DNA from: a virus
Lineage: Duplodnaviria > Caudoviricetes
Direction: 5' to 3' (one strand)
Length of the DNA: 36,055 nt
IMG/VR virus record: IMGVR_UViG_3300044638_005324
Location: 1-36,055 of that record
Positions within the stretch are counted from its first letter, which is position 1, and each line of letters opens with the position of its first letter. Shown here in pieces: positions 20,034 to 28,407 of this stretch. The notes below the pieces were generated by a model. The model ran no database searches, was not told the DNA's origin, and was given only the letters and a program-made list of their open reading frames with translations. Both the position numbers and the translations under genes were made by a program.

Positions 20034-20215
20034 ATTACACCTTTCCTTCCTAAATCCATTATTAAAACTGCGACCTCATCCATTGGTCTTCTAACATATT
20101 TCGCAATGTGTCTTATGTGCATTTTATCACGATAACATTCTATAACTTTTTCAACTTGTTCTATTTTCCAAATGAAATCCATATCTTCAAGTGGAATGTA
20201 TTTTGTCGTATTCAT
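20030..20215 (-). CDS. Small HTH-like protein of the Bacillales phage type
   Basis: YIPLEDMDFIW...HIAKYVRRPMDEVAVLIMDLGRKGVI. Confidence 0.6.
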   Translation of the reverse strand: MNTTKYIPLEDMDFIWKIEQVEKVIECYRDKMHIRHIAKYVRRPMDEVAVLIMDLGRKGVI

Positions 20216-20381
20216 TTTTAATTTCACGCACCTTTTTTTTAATTTTTTTTGTGTCCCAAAGCGGTTCACCATATTCTAAAAAAGATAAAGTTTGAGTAGA
20301 TATGCCTAGTTTATTAGACATTTCTTCTTTAGTCATTTTACAATGTTCTCTAACTGTCTTCAGATATACGTTGAATTTCAA
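20187..20381 (-). CDS. XRE-family HTH protein
   Basis: LKTVREHCKMTKEEMSNKLGISTQTLSFLEYG. Confidence 0.75.
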   Translation of the reverse strand: MKFNVYLKTVREHCKMTKEEMSNKLGISTQTLSFLEYGEPLWDTKKIKKKVREIKNEYDKIHST

Positions 20382-21181
20382 TCTTCATCACCTGTGTTTC
20401 TCATACGATAGTTAATGTTACCGCCTACTAACTCGACAGTGAAGTTCTTCGACATCTCGTATATCCTGCTGCCCAAAGCCTCATCAATCCTTAGAAGGTC
20501 ATCCACTAACTTTTCGCTTGAAATTAGCATCGGAAGATTATTCATGTAACGATAATTGACAACTGCAAACATCTGTTCAATTTGAAACTGTGTGTTATCT
20601 TTTCTACCTTTGAACAAGTCATCTATGAACAAAACTTCAGCCTTCTGCATTTTCTCAATTCTGTTGTTAAGGTTATCGAAGTCTGACTTCAAGTCATTGA
20701 ATCCTTCAACGAATGGAAAGTAAAATACTTGTACGTTGTTATCAAGTAATTTATTCGCAATAGCCATGAGAAGGTGTGTTTTGCCCGAACCACTTTGACC
20801 TAATAGTGAAATGGAGTTTTGTCTTTTATTTCTAATCTCATCAAACCTATCGTTGTAACTGACTGCACATTTATAAGCTGACCTCACAATTTCATCTAAC
20901 CACGTGATATCAAACTTGCTGAAGTTCTTCATTCTAAACTCACTAGTTATTTGACTTGCCTTAAAAAGTCTTTCGGTTTTTGTTTTGTTGAAGCAATCGC
21001 ATCTTACATAGTATTCAATACCTTCTCTTACCACTACATATCCTTGATTGTCTTTACATTTATCACAATTATAAGTAATTCTTGGATGTGTACTTTGATA
21101 CTCTTCCGTCTTTGACATTTCCTTCAGTTGTTCTATTCTCTGAAGTATTTCTGTCATGTCCAAATCCTTTAGGCTTTTCAT
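20378..21181 (-). CDS. DnaC/IstB-like ATPase (helicase loader)
   Basis: CDKC...CDC Zn site, Walker A GQSGSGKT, Walker B LFIDDL, SRIYEM. The start may be slightly downstream. Confidence 0.9.
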   Translation of the reverse strand: MKSLKDLDMTEILQRIEQLKEMSKTEEYQSTHPRITYNCDKCKDNQGYVVVREGIEYYVRCDCFNKTKTERLFKASQITSEFRMKNFSKFDITWLDEIVRSAYKCAVSYNDRFDEIRNKRQNSISLLGQSGSGKTHLLMAIANKLLDNNVQVFYFPFVEGFNDLKSDFDNLNNRIEKMQKAEVLFIDDLFKGRKDNTQFQIEQMFAVVNYRYMNNLPMLISSEKLVDDLLRIDEALGSRIYEMSKNFTVELVGGNINYRMRNTGDED

Positions 21182-21797
21182 CGTTCATCACCCTCTCGAA
21201 TACCCAACCTATCATAACGTGATAGTGGCTTTTGTATTTTGGTTCTTTAGCTTGAATGTAATTATTAAGTATCGTTATACCTTTTTCTAATAGTGATTCA
21301 TCTTTATATTTCTTGAGAAGTTCTTCATACTCTTCTTTCGTTAACAACACTCTTTCTAAATACTTATCCTTACCTAACTTAACCTTACCTAACCTAACCT
21401 TACCTATGCTGTCATTTGTCGGACATTTGGTTGACATTTGACTTTCAGTCTCATAATTTACATCTCCTTCCAAAAACTCAACACTACTTATTTTAACTAA
21501 AAGGTTTTTATACATACTATCAATCATTCTGTCTGCACGAATTAGATTGTGTTCGTTCCAATGCACAATATAAGTTACCAAGTCTTCATTTAACACAATA
21601 ACAAATTCCTTGACTACAAGTATCTTCAAATCATCTTCAGTTGCACCAATCATTCTCATGATGTTGTAAGCTTCAGCAACACCTTCGTCATCTGCATTAA
21701 GACCTAGATGAAAGTATAAACATTGTGTAGACACTGGCATTTTAAGAAACTTTGCAGAGTTAATTACTTTCTTACTAAACATTCTACGTTGAGCCAT
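21069..21797 (-). CDS. Replication initiator (replisome organiser type)
   Basis: MAQRRMFSK...FLKMPVSTQCLYFHLGLNADDEG N-terminus and GKVRLGKVKLG linker; immediately upstream of the DnaC-like gene. Confidence 0.88.
   Translation of the reverse strand: MAQRRMFSKKVINSAKFLKMPVSTQCLYFHLGLNADDEGVAEAYNIMRMIGATEDDLKILVVKEFVIVLNEDLVTYIVHWNEHNLIRADRMIDSMYKNLLVKISSVEFLEGDVNYETESQMSTKCPTNDSIGKVRLGKVKLGKDKYLERVLLTKEEYEELLKKYKDESLLEKGITILNNYIQAKEPKYKSHYHVMIGWVFERVMNDEKPKGFGHDRNTSENRTTEGNVKDGRVSKYTSKNYL
21361..21446. repeat. Short repeats in the initiator gene (possible iterons/origin)
   Basis: CCTTACCTA x3 at a 15-bp period, plus (G)ACATTTG/TCATTTG x3. Lambdoid-type origins lie inside the initiator gene. 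Confidence 0.45.
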
Positions 21798-21808
21798 TTT
21801 CTTTCCTC

Positions 21809-22015
21809 CTAATCAAAATAGTATTCATCAATGTGAAAATTTTTATTAACATCTGTGCAATGACCATGGATATCAGATTCCGTTTTTCTGACTTGTACTT
21901 CATGCATCGTTTCACAAGCAGGGCATATCATCAAAATATGTCCATATAATTTACTCATCGTCATGCATATACCATTCCTTATTAAGTTTTTCGTCATGAT
22001 ATAAAAGCTTGTCAT
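21809..22015 (-). CDS. Small CPAC-motif (Zn-ribbon-like) protein
   Basis: MICPACETMHEV...HGHCTD. The true start is probably near 21964. Confidence 0.55.
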   Translation of the reverse strand: MTSFYIMTKNLIRNGICMTMSKLYGHILMICPACETMHEVQVRKTESDIHGHCTDVNKNFHIDEYYFD

Positions 22016-22100
22016 AGTAATATATTCTTTCCTCGTAAGACATTGAATTTTCTACTAGTTTTCCATAATACCAAATCATTATTCTATGATAGGTTTTCAT
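21951..22100 (-). CDS. Hypothetical Tyr-rich protein
   Basis: MKTYHRIMIWYYG... after GGGAGGT RBS. Confidence 0.6.
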   Translation of the reverse strand: MKTYHRIMIWYYGKLVENSMSYEERIYYYDKLLYHDEKLNKEWYMHDDE

Positions 22101-22101
22101 T

Positions 22102-22362
22102 CTATAACCTCCCTTGATATTCGTAACCGAAATTTTTGAATACATACTTTCTAATAGCCGATTCATAAACATCCAACAAACAATTTAATGTTTCTTGTAA
22201 ATATTTTGAATTATTAGCAATCTCGCATTCTTCTTCGCTAAGAATGTTTTCTTCGTATAAATAATGAGTAACATCAATTAATTCGTAATAATATCCTTTT
22301 TTGTGAAAACTATCATCTAAAAAATTTTCAACAATGATTTCAATTTCTAAAACAGTTTTCAT
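22102..22362 (-). CDS. Hypothetical acidic protein
   Basis: GAGGTG RBS; tightly packed in the operon. Confidence 0.65.
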   Translation of the reverse strand: MKTVLEIEIIVENFLDDSFHKKGYYYELIDVTHYLYEENILSEEECEIANNSKYLQETLNCLLDVYESAIRKYVFKNFGYEYQGRL

Positions 22363-22375
22363 TTTATCACCTCAT

Positions 22376-22519
22376 TCAGTAATCAAATTTATCGTAACCA
22401 TGTTCTTTCTCCCAATAATAGTTGTATCTTCGGTGATGATGTTTTCTTTTGTTAGAATTTTTTGTTGAAAAAAACATTTCGCAATGATAAAACTTCATCA
22501 GTCTGTAATATAGTTTCAT
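22376..22519 (-). CDS. 47-aa hypothetical protein
   Basis: MKLYYRLMKFYHCEMFFSTKNSNKRKHHHRRYNYYWEKEHGYDKFDY; ATGA overlap with the upstream gene; not in the ORF track. Confidence 0.55.
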   Translation of the reverse strand: MKLYYRLMKFYHCEMFFSTKNSNKRKHHHRRYNYYWEKEHGYDKFDY

Positions 22520-22992
22520 TTTAACAACTCCAATTCCGAAATCTTTTTCTTACAAATCTTTTCAAATTCTTTTAACGGAAACAATCTACCATGACTACTG
22601 TAATCTTCATTCTTGCAAGTCACCTTTTTGTAATTATTGATAATCATGGGTAAGTTACTTCTTAAAACATTTGTTTCAATAATGTACAGAGCGATACCTA
22701 TACAGTAATAAACTATAATGTCTGATTCACTCTTGACCGACCACCCCTCATCTAATTTCACATCATTGGAAATCGTTTCGATAAACACGTTTCTTGTTTC
22801 TCTTGTTTTACCATCAGACTTATATTCTACCTTACTAATACCCTTATTGCTAGTGAAAATTCTGTCTATACCTTTCTTTTGTTCTTCCATGCTTACTTTT
22901 TTTATTTCATAAAACTTTCCGAAATATAAATCTAATATGTTTTCGAAAAACTCTGATTCTTTCACTGAATCATTAAAGTTATAAACCTTCAT
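22516..22992 (-). CDS. PD-(D/E)XK-like nuclease-fold protein
   Basis: EQKKGIDRIF...KVEYKSD...TRNVFIETIS...GW...SDIIVYY; GGAGGT RBS. Confidence 0.6.
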   Translation of the reverse strand: MKVYNFNDSVKESEFFENILDLYFGKFYEIKKVSMEEQKKGIDRIFTSNKGISKVEYKSDGKTRETRNVFIETISNDVKLDEGWSVKSESDIIVYYCIGIALYIIETNVLRSNLPMIINNYKKVTCKNEDYSSHGRLFPLKEFEKICKKKISELELLK

Positions 22993-23275
22993 ATAACCTC
23001 CTTTTATATTGTATCCCTTCAACAGTTTCGTCTAACCATTTATGACAAGGTACACATAGATGCCATAAATCATTTTCATTTGTCACATGGTTTATTTGTT
23101 TTCTTCCAATCAAGTGTGCCATGTGAACTGCACGTTGGCTGCTGCAACGTTCACAGATGCCATTAGAACGTTCGTAAACTATTTCTCTTACGTTATTACT
23201 AATAGCACCTTTTTGTCGTTGTGTAGGCTTAATTCTTTTCTTATACAGTTGGTCTTTTTTACTTATCCCTGCCAT
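22979..23275 (-). CDS. HNH-type endonuclease
   Basis: ERSNGICERC...HMAHL...LWHLCVPCHKWLD. Confidence 0.75.
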   Translation of the reverse strand: MAGISKKDQLYKKRIKPTQRQKGAISNNVREIVYERSNGICERCSSQRAVHMAHLIGRKQINHVTNENDLWHLCVPCHKWLDETVEGIQYKRRLYEGL

Positions 23276-23601
23276 TCGGTTTCCTTTTGAATTTTTAATA
23301 TGGATTGAAGCATTGTAGATTGTGTCTGTAATGCTGAGATGGAGTCACGAACTGCAGTAAATTGCCCATCCGTCAAATCTCTTTCAAACATTTCGTCTGC
23401 ACATTTACCTTTAGCCATGTCAGGTATTATAGTCATTGCAAATCCTTGCTCTTTCAATTCTACTGTTGTTTTGAATATCGCCAAGCGATATAATCGTTCG
23501 GCTTCAGCTTTCGCCTTAGCCAAACGATTTAACTCGATTATCGCATTGCTCAATCTTTTGTTTACAATTCTCATTTCATCTATCACATCTACGTATGACA
23601 T
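23263..23601 (-). CDS. Coiled-coil protein in the recombination module
   Basis: All-helical ORF directly after ssb; loosely reminiscent of UvsY-type mediators (weak). Confidence 0.55.
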   Translation of the reverse strand: MSYVDVIDEMRIVNKRLSNAIIELNRLAKAKAEAERLYRLAIFKTTVELKEQGFAMTIIPDMAKGKCADEMFERDLTDGQFTAVRDSISALQTQSTMLQSILKIQKETEWQG

Positions 23602-23951
23602 TAGAACGGAAACTCCTCATCTTCGACTTTAACTTCTTTACCTTTAAAAACATCTTTGGATTTAATAATTAATTCATTCACAATGATTTGGTCACGATAA
23701 ACCTTGACCCCATCTTTTTCGTAATTATTGTTTTGAAGTTTACCAATGAAACTAATTGTGTCACCTTTTTTCATGTTGTTAGTAATCGTTTCGGCTACAT
23801 CCCCAAAAGCGACGATGTTGAAATAATCGGTGCGTTTTTTGTCTTTACCTTCAGTTACAGAAATAGAATTTGTTAGAAAAGCATTACCTTTATCAGATAC
23901 TTTGAAGTTATTATCTCTCGTTAATACACCTGTCATCTCCAATTTATTCAT
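23601..23951 (-). CDS. ssb: Single-stranded DNA-binding protein
   Basis: GVLTRD...TDYFNIVAFG..AE....KKGD...GKLQ...YEKDG; acidic tail EDEEFPF. Confidence 0.92.
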   Translation of the reverse strand: MNKLEMTGVLTRDNNFKVSDKGNAFLTNSISVTEGKDKKRTDYFNIVAFGDVAETITNNMKKGDTISFIGKLQNNNYEKDGVKVYRDQIIVNELIIKSKDVFKGKEVKVEDEEFPF

Positions 23952-24559
23952 TATTTATTCTCCTTTTTCTTCAACAGGATATCTTGCATTTGTTTATTAG
24001 TTGCACCTTTATTATACATTACTTTGTGCCATTCATCGAACTTATCTTCGACTCCACCAAGTTCAACCCAAAAATCTCTTAAGTTGTAATATCCGTTTTT
24101 GTCGTGGTCTACTCGGTCTTGGTCAGACTTAGATTGATTACGCTCGTCAACGCTTGAATCAGCTTCAGGGTCGTCGCCTGTCGGAATCATAAAGGCTTTC
24201 ATTAAAGCATACTTTTGAGCACCTGTAATGGCTTTATAGACGCCTTTATCACCACTGTCTTGACCTTCTCCATACGAAGTTAGTGACAACTTCTCATCTG
24301 AATCTCCATCGTAAAAAGTAAATTCCATCTCAACTGTGACAATGTTTTCTAAATTACCTTTTGAAGTAGTGTGGATTCTGTTAGTACAAGACTTAACAGA
24401 AGGAATCATAAGAACATTTAGTTTAGCTAGTTCTTCACGAATACGCTCATTTACATCAGCTTCTGTTGCGTATTTATACTTGTGAAACGAGTTGTAACCT
24501 GTCTTCTGAATATACTTCACTTGCTTCATAACTTCTACTAGTTTAGTTATTAATTTCAT
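23951..24559 (-). CDS. erf: ERF-family ssDNA annealing protein
   Basis: KTGYNSFHKYKYA...GEGQDSGDKGVYKAITGAQKYALMKAFMIPTGDDPE. Confidence 0.88.
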   Translation of the reverse strand: MKLITKLVEVMKQVKYIQKTGYNSFHKYKYATEADVNERIREELAKLNVLMIPSVKSCTNRIHTTSKGNLENIVTVEMEFTFYDGDSDEKLSLTSYGEGQDSGDKGVYKAITGAQKYALMKAFMIPTGDDPEADSSVDERNQSKSDQDRVDHDKNGYYNLRDFWVELGGVEDKFDEWHKVMYNKGATNKQMQDILLKKKENK

Positions 24560-24743
24560 GTCTACCTCCATATACTGTTGAAACAGTTCTTATGAATTTT
24601 TCTAACTGTTTTTCATTTGTGAATACCAAACGCACCATTCCGTCTTCTTGTTCAATGTGAATTACCCTCGAACCATCTCCTTCATTGTAAACAATAATAC
24701 TCATTTCTGAATTACTAAATTCATGTGTAGTGTAAGTTATCAT
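24543..24743 (-). CDS. Hypothetical protein
   Basis: GGAGG RBS; packed in the operon. Confidence 0.6.
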   Translation of the reverse strand: MITYTTHEFSNSEMSIIVYNEGDGSRVIHIEQEDGMVRLVFTNEKQLEKFIRTVSTVYGGRHEINN

Positions 24744-24747
24744 TTTT

Positions 24748-24960
24748 TTATTCCTCCATTTCGAAAATGTCTTCTACTGAACATCCAAAAAATTTAGCCA
24801 TTTTTAATGCTGTCATGATATTGACGCCTAATCCATTCTCTACTTTATAAATTGTGACTGCAGTTAATCCTAATGCATCGGCTAATTGTTTTTGTGTTAA
24901 ATCAAATCCCTTGCTTCGTCTTAAATACTTGAGATTGTTTTTTAATTTCATTTTTATCAC
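24748..24960 (-). CDS. XRE/Cro-like HTH regulator
   Basis: LKNNLKYLRR...LTQKQLADALGLTAVTIYKVENG...ALKMAKFFGCSVEDIF; first gene after the promoter. The start is probably 24951. Confidence 0.85.
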   Translation of the reverse strand: MIKMKLKNNLKYLRRSKGFDLTQKQLADALGLTAVTIYKVENGLGVNIMTALKMAKFFGCSVEDIFEMEE

Positions 24961-24973
24961 CTCCTATACATGT

Positions 24974-25003
24974 ATATTAACATACTGTTATTATTCTTGT
25001 CAA
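24974..25003 (-). promoter_or_regulatory. SigA-type promoter for the recombination/replication operon
   Basis: TTGACA-N18-TAATAT with a TGn extended -10, directly upstream of the AGGAGGTG RBS. Confidence 0.6.
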
Positions 25004-25123
25004 CGCATATTATTATTTTTTTATAAATAAAAATTTGTTAAATCTAACATTTAGGACTATTTTATTTTTGAGTGGGAAGTGGTAGAATTTAGTTATAAAA
25101 TACAAAAACAAGTTGGTGATACT

Positions 25124-25360
25124 GTGGATAAAGTGAATCCGAGTCATTATAAAAATGGAAAAATAGAATGTATCGACGCTATTGAATCAGCTACTCATTA
25201 CTTGACAGGTTTTGATGGGTATTGCGTCGGCAACATTATTAAATATGTTTGGAGATATGACACAAAAAATGGTTTGGAAGACCTTTACAAAGCACGATGG
25301 TATTTGGAAAAACTAATTAAAGAACATGAGGAGCTGAAGAATGAGATACATTCAAGCTGA
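25124..25360 (+). CDS. DUF3310 / T7 gp1.7-like protein
   Basis: VNPSHYKNGKIECIDAIE...GNIIKYVWRY..KNGLEDLYKARWYL. Confidence 0.88.
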   Translation: MDKVNPSHYKNGKIECIDAIESATHYLTGFDGYCVGNIIKYVWRYDTKNGLEDLYKARWYLEKLIKEHEELKNEIHSS

Positions 25361-26126
25361 CATTAAAGACAGTGTAGATGAAATAGTCATTTTCCCAATC
25401 GGCGATTTGCATATCGGCTCACCTCACTTCGAGAGAAAAATACTTGAAAAACAATTAAAAGAAATTGATAAGACCAAGAATGCAAGAATAATCTTGATGG
25501 GCGATTTAGCTGAAATGAGTACGAAAACATCTGTCGGAGCGGGTGTTTACGAACAAGACCAAAATGGGCAGCAGCAGATGATGTTGGCGAAATCCATATT
25601 TTACCCTTACAAAGACATCATTGACTGCATTGTAGGTGGCAATCACGAAGAGAGAATTAAAAAAGATTCAGGATTTGATTTATCTTTATATTTTGCTCAA
25701 CTTATGGGACTTGAAGAAAAATACGCTAATTACCAAGGTGTTGTAAAGTACACAATAAATCAAAGAAGTTTCGATGTTTCTGTGTGGCATGGTGCGGGTG
25801 GTGGCTCTACATCGGGTGGTGCAATGAATCGTCTCATGAAACAATCCCTTACTGTATTCGCTGATATATACTTGATGGGTCACGTACATCAAAGACAAGC
25901 ATCTTCAAAACAAATATATGTACCTGACAATCGAAACGACAAAATCGATTTGATGCAACAATACTTCGTGGTTACAGGCTCTGCTTTGAGTCACGAACAT
26001 AGTTATGCAGAGATGGCAGGATTCGCACCATCGAATACAGGATTCCCTAAGATTCATCTTTCAATAAGCCGTAAAATAATTGACGGACATAAGCTAAGAA
26101 GTAAAGAAGTGAGGGTTGAAATATGA
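25341..26126 (+). CDS. Calcineurin-like metallophosphoesterase
   Basis: GDLH, MGD, GNHE, WHG and GHVH motifs. Confidence 0.9.
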   Translation: MRYIQADIKDSVDEIVIFPIGDLHIGSPHFERKILEKQLKEIDKTKNARIILMGDLAEMSTKTSVGAGVYEQDQNGQQQMMLAKSIFYPYKDIIDCIVGGNHEERIKKDSGFDLSLYFAQLMGLEEKYANYQGVVKYTINQRSFDVSVWHGAGGGSTSGGAMNRLMKQSLTVFADIYLMGHVHQRQASSKQIYVPDNRNDKIDLMQQYFVVTGSALSHEHSYAEMAGFAPSNTGFPKIHLSISRKIIDGHKLRSKEVRVEI

Positions 26127-26269
26127 CGGAAGGCGAATATTACACTTTTGTTTTGCTACTTAACGAACTTAAAAAGTTTCCTGATGTCAATCAATCACAT
26201 ATTAGTTATATTGAAAAACAAATTCAAAGTATAAATATCACAAGTTTAAGGGGAGATTCCATTGGCTAA
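26123..26269 (+). CDS. 48-aa hypothetical protein
   Basis: MTEGEYYTFVLLLNELKKFPD...; ATGA overlap; not in the ORF track. Confidence 0.55.
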   Translation: MTEGEYYTFVLLLNELKKFPDVNQSHISYIEKQIQSINITSLRGDSIG

Positions 26270-26426
26270 ATTTATAAGCACGGATGATTGGGCTGACTAT
26301 TTGCATGAGGGACTAATCTCACAAGGAATAGTCCCCGACGAAGATATGATAATGCTCATAATTGATTTGACATTAGACTTCTTTGAAAGTGAAGAAGTTA
26401 TTGATTTTACTTTGGATATTGAATAG
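26262..26426 (+). CDS. 54-aa acidic protein, YozD-like
   Basis: TTG start after GGGGAG. MAKFISTDDWADYLHEGLISQGIVPDEDMIMLIIDLTLDFFESEEVIDFTLDIE resembles the Bacillus YozD pattern (recalled). Confidence 0.55.
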   Translation: MAKFISTDDWADYLHEGLISQGIVPDEDMIMLIIDLTLDFFESEEVIDFTLDIE

Positions 26427-26434
26427 TCCAAAAA

Positions 26435-26578
26435 CTACAAAAGCTTTTTTAATGAATCAATATCAACTGAATCATAAAGTTCAAACACAATAACTGGACA
26501 CATGTTGCATTTCCAAACGTGTGTTTCTTTTCCTAGTAGATTATATTCTAATTCTTCTTCACATGCAGGACATTTCAT
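26435..26578 (-). CDS. 47-aa Zn-ribbon protein
   Basis: MKCPACEEELEY...WKCNMCP...; GGAGG RBS; ATGA overlap; not in the ORF track. Confidence 0.65.
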   Translation of the reverse strand: MKCPACEEELEYNLLGKETHVWKCNMCPVIVFELYDSVDIDSLKKLL

Positions 26579-26796
26579 AGTATCATCTCCTCCAATTCAA
26601 TAATCTCTTGCAGTTTCTCTGAAGCATACTCACCTACATCACCATGTTCATAATACTCGTAGTCGTCGTAGATGGTGTTAGCTAACTCCATAACACCTTT
26701 GAAATCTAAATTATTAAACTTGTTCGTCTTTCCAATCTCATAGACAATTTGTGCAATGTACTTCGAATCATTGTATAAATCTTGATAGTGTGACAT
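26575..26796 (-). CDS. Hypothetical acidic early protein
   Basis: AAGGAG RBS. Confidence 0.65.
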   Translation of the reverse strand: MSHYQDLYNDSKYIAQIVYEIGKTNKFNNLDFKGVMELANTIYDDYEYYEHGDVGEYASEKLQEIIELEEMIL

Positions 26797-26854
26797 GTTA
26801 ACATCTCCTTTTTTTATAAGCGTTTTTGAATGGAACGCTCTAAACCATGGATAA

Positions 26855-27013
26855 TTATTTAATTCCTTTTTCTTTTAACGCATCAATTATAATTAGCAAT
26901 GCTTTGGAAAAACCTATTTCATATGCCTGTATTTCGCTTTCTGACCAATCCTGTTCAATAAATAATCTTTTCTTTTCTAAATCTAATTCCTCAATAATCT
27001 TATTAGTGTCCAT
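26855..27013 (-). CDS. 52-aa hypothetical protein
   Basis: MDTNKIIEELDLEKKRLFIEQDWSESEIQAYEIGFSKALLIIIDALKEKGIK; AGGAGG RBS; not in the ORF track. Confidence 0.65.
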   Translation of the reverse strand: MDTNKIIEELDLEKKRLFIEQDWSESEIQAYEIGFSKALLIIIDALKEKGIK

Positions 27014-27022
27014 TTCTTCCTC

Positions 27023-27265
27023 CTATAAATTATTTTCATGGTCATTCAACAATCCAAAATCAATAGAACGTATTTCGATTTCATCATCGAATGACACTAT
27101 CGACCAAGCACCTTTAGAATGTACGTTTATTAAACATGATTCTAAAACTTCTTCAATAGTTAAATCATCAAATGGTAATTCAATTGTATCCCCACCCTTT
27201 AAGGTGAAGATACAATCATAATAAACAACTTCAACATCTTTCAAATCACAATTAGTTACAATCAT
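27023..27265 (-). CDS. Hypothetical acidic protein
   Basis: ATGA overlap with the upstream gene; GGAG RBS. Confidence 0.6.
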   Translation of the reverse strand: MIVTNCDLKDVEVVYYDCIFTLKGGDTIELPFDDLTIEEVLESCLINVHSKGAWSIVSFDDEIEIRSIDFGLLNDHENNL

Positions 27266-27993
27266 TTAGTCATCTCCACATCTACTACGAATCCTGTTGT
27301 ATCTTTTATAGCTTTTCCTTTTGCATACAAACCTACAACAACATTTTGTGGCTCTGTAAATCTTATGTCGCTATCATCTCCAGTAATAACACGTTTACCC
27401 ATGAAGTATTCGGGTAAATCCTTGCTTCTGAACACCACAGCCATTCTCATATTGTTTTGTAATGCTTGTTCAACGAATGGTCTGAATGCCTTTGTACCAC
27501 TATAACTAAATGTCAAATCGTAGTTTGGTATTGATGTATCTCTTTTGGATATTTTAGTGTAGTCATAGAATTGTACGTCGGGAAACAATTCAAATATGTT
27601 TTTGTAAGTTTTACCTTCATGTTCCACTTCGTATTTTTCCCAAACAATGTCGCTAGTCCCATTTAATCTAACTGCTAATTTTTTATCAAAGTGAAGTGCT
27701 TCTAACTTTGATTTATTTATATCGAATACTAAATCCTTGAAGAAACGAACTTTATCGTGATGAAATAATAATGTCTTTCTTAGTCTACCTTGAATGACTG
27801 TTGACATACGACCTCTACCTGCATGATACAAACATGTCTTGTCTAGTCCACATCCTGCAATTTTAGCGAATGGACATAGGTCAACTACTTCAGAGAAATC
27901 TGATGGCGTTAAGTAAAGAACCATTGTATGATACCCATACTTCTCACCTTTTATTGTCTTTGCGTTGTTGCTAGTTAGTAATGCTTTGTACAT
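27262..27993 (-). CDS. Gp88-like protein (degenerate radical-SAM-like Cys motif)
   Basis: LCPFAKIAGCGLDKTCLYHAGRG...VRLNGTSDI.WE...FYDYTK...YDLTFS...GDDSDIRF...VVGLYAKG. Confidence 0.65.
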   Translation of the reverse strand: MYKALLTSNNAKTIKGEKYGYHTMVLYLTPSDFSEVVDLCPFAKIAGCGLDKTCLYHAGRGRMSTVIQGRLRKTLLFHHDKVRFFKDLVFDINKSKLEALHFDKKLAVRLNGTSDIVWEKYEVEHEGKTYKNIFELFPDVQFYDYTKISKRDTSIPNYDLTFSYSGTKAFRPFVEQALQNNMRMAVVFRSKDLPEYFMGKRVITGDDSDIRFTEPQNVVVGLYAKGKAIKDTTGFVVDVEMTK

Positions 27994-27994
27994 A

Positions 27995-28201
27995 TTAATC
28001 AATCTCCTCTACATTAAAGTTTGGTTTTACCCAATGGTAATAAACACATACTGAATCACAAAAATATTCGCCATCAACTATCACGTGACTATGACCTTCA
28101 TAAATCTCATTACCACATGGACAATCATCTAAATGCTCCGCTTCCTCTTCATGCAATGGAATATCATAATATCTATCTGTGTTCGGTTCATCGTAGCTCA
28201 T
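27995..28201 (-). CDS. Small Cys-rich (Zn-binding) protein
   Basis: CPCGNEIYEG...DGEYFCDSVC; GGAGGTG RBS. Confidence 0.7.
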   Translation of the reverse strand: MSYDEPNTDRYYDIPLHEEEAEHLDDCPCGNEIYEGHSHVIVDGEYFCDSVCVYYHWVKPNFNVEEID

Positions 28202-28364
28202 TCAATTCACCTCCTTCCATTAGTTTATCTAAAGCATTCAACAATTTAGTTCTTCTTTTATTTAATTCGATGCTTACAAAATCAAAGGTATACTTTCTAG
28301 ATTCTATGAGTATTATCTTTTCGTTCAATTCATCTATTTCTTTAACCAATTCTTTGATAGTCAT
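28188..28364 (-). CDS. 58-aa coiled-coil hypothetical protein
   Basis: MTIKELVKEIDELNEKIILIESRKY...; GGAGGT RBS; not in the ORF track. Confidence 0.6.
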   Translation of the reverse strand: MTIKELVKEIDELNEKIILIESRKYTFDFVSIELNKRRTKLLNALDKLMEGGELNELR

Positions 28365-28407
28365 TATTAAACCTCCGATGATTTTTTATTTTTATAAAGA
28401 TTTGCAC

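Noticed and set aside
22478-22502. Third hammerhead (minus strand CUGAUGA...GAAA)
   Set aside because: The intervening bases cannot form stem II (A-C closing pair), no stems I or III are evident, and it lies in a probable small ORF.
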